Positions 60,577 through 64,000 of a stretch of 64,000 nucleotides of DNA are shown here, in pieces. The position numbers and the translations under genes are program-made. The notes below the pieces were generated by a model. The model ran no database searches. It was not told the origin of the DNA and was given only the letters and a program-made list of their open reading frames with translations. The first letter of the stretch is position 1. The number at the start of each line of letters is the position of its first letter. This DNA is from a bacterium. Lineage in GTDB: Bacteria; Synergistota; GBS-1. Location: NCBI GenBank assembly GCA_030153785.1, contig JASKLF010000006.1:1-64000 (forward strand). The letters are read 5' to 3'.

Positions 60577-61722
60577 ATGAAAAACATAATCACACTAACC
60601 ATAACCATTAACATTCTTGTCTGCTCTCTCTTTTCATGGTACTTCCTCCTTCCGGTATACCTTAAAACCTTGGGAGCCTCAGAGAAAGTAATTAACATCG
60701 CTTACTTTCTCTTTAACCTAACCTTTTATATCGGGCAGATACCGGGCGGGGTATTAAGCGACAAGCTCGGAAGAAAACCGGTAATAGTGGCAACAACACT
60801 TCTTTATGCTCTCTCAGGATATGGCATGTATCTCTCCTCAAACTGGTTAGAAGCTTCCATATTTTATTCCCTGGCCTGTATTTCAAGTTCCGTTCAACTA
60901 CCTGCCATATACGCCATGATATTCGAATCTCAAAAGCGGAGGGGGTTTTCCTTTGGTATGACAAGCTTTTCTTATAACCTCGGAATAGCATTAGGACCAC
61001 TTCTCGGGGCATTCCTTATTAAAAAAGGAAACATCAGAGACCTGCTTCTCTTATACTCCGTAACTGCTCTAATTGTAAGCATCCTTCGCTTGACCTTCCT
61101 GGAAGAAACCCTTTCCCGACAACAAAAACTGAAGGAAAAAGACAAAATTAAAATAGGAAGGCAAGAGCTTCTTATACTTACGGGTGGGATATTTTTCTTT
61201 CTGAGCGTAAGCCTTACCATTAACGGACCTTACATATCTCTCTTTCTAAAAGAAGGGCTTTCTTTATCAGAACAAGAAATAAATCTGACCTTCACAAAAA
61301 TAGGAATCGCAACAGCACTTACATGTTTAGTTCTTGGAAAAATAATAGACTTCGTAGACTCAGCAAAAACATGGGCTATAACATCTTTCCTTCACCCTCT
61401 AACTCTATTCTTATGGAGCTACTACTTTAAATTATCTATGGGAATCCTTATAATATCATGTATATTAGCTGAAGCTGCATACATAGCTCATCCTATACTG
61501 GTTTCCAGAATGTTCCCGAAGGAGCAAAGAGGAAAAGGCTTAGGATTTTTCGGCTTCATAACAGGTAGCATTGGGTCAGTTTCTCCACTGTTGGTAAACC
61601 TATTTGACGACAAAAAGAGTCTATACACACCTTTCGTTCTGGCAACCCTCTTTGGTTTCTTAAGTTTCTGGTTTATAATAAAATCAGGAGGTGGTCTTAA
61701 AAATGAACCGCAGCAAAAGTAG
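60577..61722 (+). CDS. MFS transporter
   Basis: About 12 hydrophobic segments; motif A GVLSDKLGRK. Confidence 0.9.
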   Translation: MKNIITLTITINILVCSLFSWYFLLPVYLKTLGASEKVINIAYFLFNLTFYIGQIPGGVLSDKLGRKPVIVATTLLYALSGYGMYLSSNWLEASIFYSLACISSSVQLPAIYAMIFESQKRRGFSFGMTSFSYNLGIALGPLLGAFLIKKGNIRDLLLLYSVTALIVSILRLTFLEETLSRQQKLKEKDKIKIGRQELLILTGGIFFFLSVSLTINGPYISLFLKEGLSLSEQEINLTFTKIGIATALTCLVLGKIIDFVDSAKTWAITSFLHPLTLFLWSYYFKLSMGILIISCILAEAAYIAHPILVSRMFPKEQRGKGLGFFGFITGSIGSVSPLLVNLFDDKKSLYTPFVLATLFGFLSFWFIIKSGGGLKNEPQQK

Positions 61723-62197
61723 AAAAATAGCAATGCTATCCATCTATAGTGCCCTTGTATGTGTTGCCACATTCATTCACGTTCCAATCCCGGGCTACAA
61801 AATATACTTTAATTTAGGAGAAGGAGCTATATACACAATAGCTCTTCTCTTTGGGGGGATTGCTGGAGGCATTGCTGGGGGATTAGGTTCTGCTTTAGCT
61901 GATTTAATCTTGGGCTACCCTTTATGGGCTCCATTTACCCTTATCATAAAAGGAACGGAGGGCTTTGTAGTAGGTAAGATAGGAAGAAAGAACAGAACGT
62001 TGGCTTTAATGATTGGACCTGCAATTATGATAGCAGGATATGCATCCTCTGCCGGGCTTCTCTATGGAATGGGAGCCGTACCAATAGAAGCTTTAACGGA
62101 CATAGTTCAATGTTCTGTAGGAGTTCTAGTAGCTATCCCTCTTGTAAGAGTTCTACATAAAAGTGCCTTAGAAGAGAAGTTCAACCCTCATCTATGA
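61703..62197 (+). CDS. ECF transporter S component, substrate unknown
   Basis: SALVCVAT, YFNLGE, GGLGSALADL, WAPFTLIIKG. Start ATG 61703 (SD GGAGGTG). Confidence 0.85.
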   Translation: MNRSKSRKIAMLSIYSALVCVATFIHVPIPGYKIYFNLGEGAIYTIALLFGGIAGGIAGGLGSALADLILGYPLWAPFTLIIKGTEGFVVGKIGRKNRTLALMIGPAIMIAGYASSAGLLYGMGAVPIEALTDIVQCSVGVLVAIPLVRVLHKSALEEKFNPHL

Positions 62198-63893
62198 CAA
62201 TACCTATACTCTTCTCGCCATTAAGATAAGCAGAAAAACAACCCTTATATACCCTAATGGCTGGGTGTTTCCCCAACTCGTAGGGTTTACTTTCAAACCA
62301 ATCTTTATTAAAGACATTGCCATCCGCACCAACAAATACAGGAAGGTAAAAAATTCCATCAACATCTAAATCGGCAAAGAAGTGAGTTCCATATGAAAGC
62401 TCTGGTGTAAAACCCTTTTCAAGGATACCAATTTCTACTATTAATCCACAATTAGATATTTCACTATATTCAACAGGAACTCCCTGATAAGGATTAGTGC
62501 TTCCCCATCTCCCTGGCCCTATTAATATAAAGCTTTCTCCTTCCAAACTCCTATTAATTTTCCCTATCTCGCGAGCAACCACAAAGGGATCAAAAAATTC
62601 TACATATTTCCAGGGATCAACATAAACGATATGACGAACCTTTTCTAAAATACCATTTGTAAGCATCTTGTTACCTCGAAGTATAATCCTTTCCTCAGGA
62701 ACCCCCCTTGGCAAAGCCACAGGTCTGTAAGACTCGTAACTCGATAAAGGTCTTAACTGAACTAATGCGAAAAAGCTCTCTCGAGGCTCCGAAGCAAACT
62801 CTATATCAACAGGCATTCCCATTTCTCTCTCAAACAACTTAAATAGAAAGCCCACCAACCTAAAGAAATTGGGGTAAGCTTTAGGAAAACCATCAAAGGT
62901 GAATATTATTTTGCCTTCGCTGAAAAGAGAAAAATTCGTTATCATCCCAGACTCAAAAGAAAAAACGCTTGCTATTTTCCCAAAATTGGGATGATATTTT
63001 ATTAAATCTTTCCTTTCATTTATGTTATAGGTCTTAAACTCTCCCGTCTCAAGATCGATAAGATCGAAATTCTCTTGTGAGTACCTCATTATCTCATAAG
63101 GATTATTGCCTTCCGGCCTAAGAGCAAGATTAGAAAGGGAAAATATCCTTGCATAGTTCCTGCCTGTACATCTTGTGCCTAATCCGAAAACAATTCTAAT
63201 AACCCCATCTTCAATCCGAATTCTTTCCGTCCATCTACGATAATTACGAGAAAAGCCTACCCCCGCAACTTCTGGATAAAACTCTTTCCCACGTGGCCTT
63301 CCTATAAGCTGTTGAACTATTACACCCATCCTCTCACCGCTTAGTGATCTTTTCCTTCTATACTCATTAGCAGCAGGGTTATAAGTACTGGCATAGATTT
63401 TCTTTATAGCAAGAGTTAATTCCCGCAATCTTTCCTCCAAGCTACCCCTATTGGAAACGAAGAGAGTAAGATACTTTCCCGCAAAGGAATATTTTATGCT
63501 ATCCTCAAGCAATGAGGAAGAACGAATGGCCAAGGGGTAATTCATTTCGCCCAACCATTTTTTGAAATCTTCAACTACTGAATTTGGGAAAGTGGCTTTT
63601 AAAAAAGCCTCTTTTATCTCATCCCAATCACTACCTTCTATTACATCTTCCAATGAATTAACTCTGATGAATTCTTCGAAAATTTCTGTGCTTATAAACC
63701 TGCTAGGAGGGATGTATACCGGCCAGGGAGGGATCTCACTAACATTCTCGAGAACAAACTTAGCAAAGAGCAATCCCTTTGCTTTCCCCCCCAAGCTTCC
63801 CTCCCCCAAAATGAAGTTTTTTTCTTCTACATAATCCCTTGGATTAAAATCCAAGTAATTTTTAACCTTAGTCCCATTAAACAAAAATATCAC
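62181..63893 (-). CDS. PEP/pyruvate-binding (PPDK_N ATP-grasp) domain protein
   Basis: GGKAKGL, AIRSSSLLED, FAGKY, VFGLGTR, VDIEFA, QLRP, GPGRWGS, SYGTHFF. Confidence 0.88.
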   Translation of the reverse strand: MIFLFNGTKVKNYLDFNPRDYVEEKNFILGEGSLGGKAKGLLFAKFVLENVSEIPPWPVYIPPSRFISTEIFEEFIRVNSLEDVIEGSDWDEIKEAFLKATFPNSVVEDFKKWLGEMNYPLAIRSSSLLEDSIKYSFAGKYLTLFVSNRGSLEERLRELTLAIKKIYASTYNPAANEYRRKRSLSGERMGVIVQQLIGRPRGKEFYPEVAGVGFSRNYRRWTERIRIEDGVIRIVFGLGTRCTGRNYARIFSLSNLALRPEGNNPYEIMRYSQENFDLIDLETGEFKTYNINERKDLIKYHPNFGKIASVFSFESGMITNFSLFSEGKIIFTFDGFPKAYPNFFRLVGFLFKLFEREMGMPVDIEFASEPRESFFALVQLRPLSSYESYRPVALPRGVPEERIILRGNKMLTNGILEKVRHIVYVDPWKYVEFFDPFVVAREIGKINRSLEGESFILIGPGRWGSTNPYQGVPVEYSEISNCGLIVEIGILEKGFTPELSYGTHFFADLDVDGIFYLPVFVGADGNVFNKDWFESKPYELGKHPAIRVYKGCFSAYLNGEKSIGIVIDEG

Positions 63894-63896
63894 TCC

Positions 63897-64000
63897 CTAA
63901 TTATTAAAACTTGACAAAGGAGGAGGAATCCTTCCTCCACGGCGTATAAAGCTTTTCACCTCACCCACCTCTACGGAAATTATAGGTGCTTCTCCAAGCA
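63897..64000 (-). CDS. 3' end of a UPF0210/DUF711 (PFL-like) family protein; starts outside the window
   Basis: Manual translation ...LGEAPIISVEVGEVKSFIRRGGRIPPPLSSFNN* matches the FIxRGGRIPxP...N C-terminus I recognise for this family. Confidence 0.7.
   Translation of the reverse strand, partial: LGEAPIISVEVGEVKSFIRRGGRIPPPLSSFNN

Noticed and set aside
850..63834. The many 60-140 aa ORFs opposite or inside long genes
   Set aside because: They lie within well-supported genes and show no motifs; many have the Ser/Pro/Ile/Phe-rich composition typical of antisense frames.
1..64000. CRISPR arrays, IS elements, prophage, defence systems, rRNA or tRNA genes
   Set aside because: No spaced repeats, transposase/integrase/phage proteins or tRNA/rRNA signatures seen. 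Nearly all intergenic gaps are short and accounted for.

Overview
A 64 kb stretch of core bacterial chromosome, AT-rich and densely coding. I saw no mobile elements, CRISPR arrays, rRNA or tRNA. The gene content (FapR-led fatty-acid operon, split methylmalonyl-CoA mutase, TAXI/ABC amino-acid uptake, AMIN amidase, GH57 glycogen enzymes) suggests an anaerobic, probably thermophilic, Synergistota-like diderm, but that is inference. Positions 1-37.7 kb are one co-oriented minus-strand run: fapR-plsX-fabH-fabK-fabD-fabG-acpP-fabF-rnc-tyrS-bioY, 6S RNA, rarA-ltaE-pmbA-amidase-GerMN-rph, RNase P RNA, the dcw cluster (mraZ to ftsZ), a radical SAM gene, rtcB, a structured leader, and a methylmalonyl-CoA mutase/MeaB/epimerase/carboxyltransferase operon. 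Positions 37.8-64 kb hold TAXI-TRAP and amino-acid ABC transport, a PII-like/HAD/HD operon, a glycogen cluster with three GH57 enzymes, ThDP enzyme-MFS-ECF genes and a PPDK_N-only gene. The main leads are: (1) a riboswitch-like RNA with mutually exclusive terminator and antiterminator helices between rtcB and the mutase operon; (2) an ftsW whose N-terminal helices are encoded upstream of any ATG/GTG/TTG, with an ACG behind a good Shine-Dalgarno; (3) a 'headless' CCA-adding-enzyme HD protein in an operon with a PII-like protein and a HAD phosphatase; (4) a MurE with altered specificity motifs.
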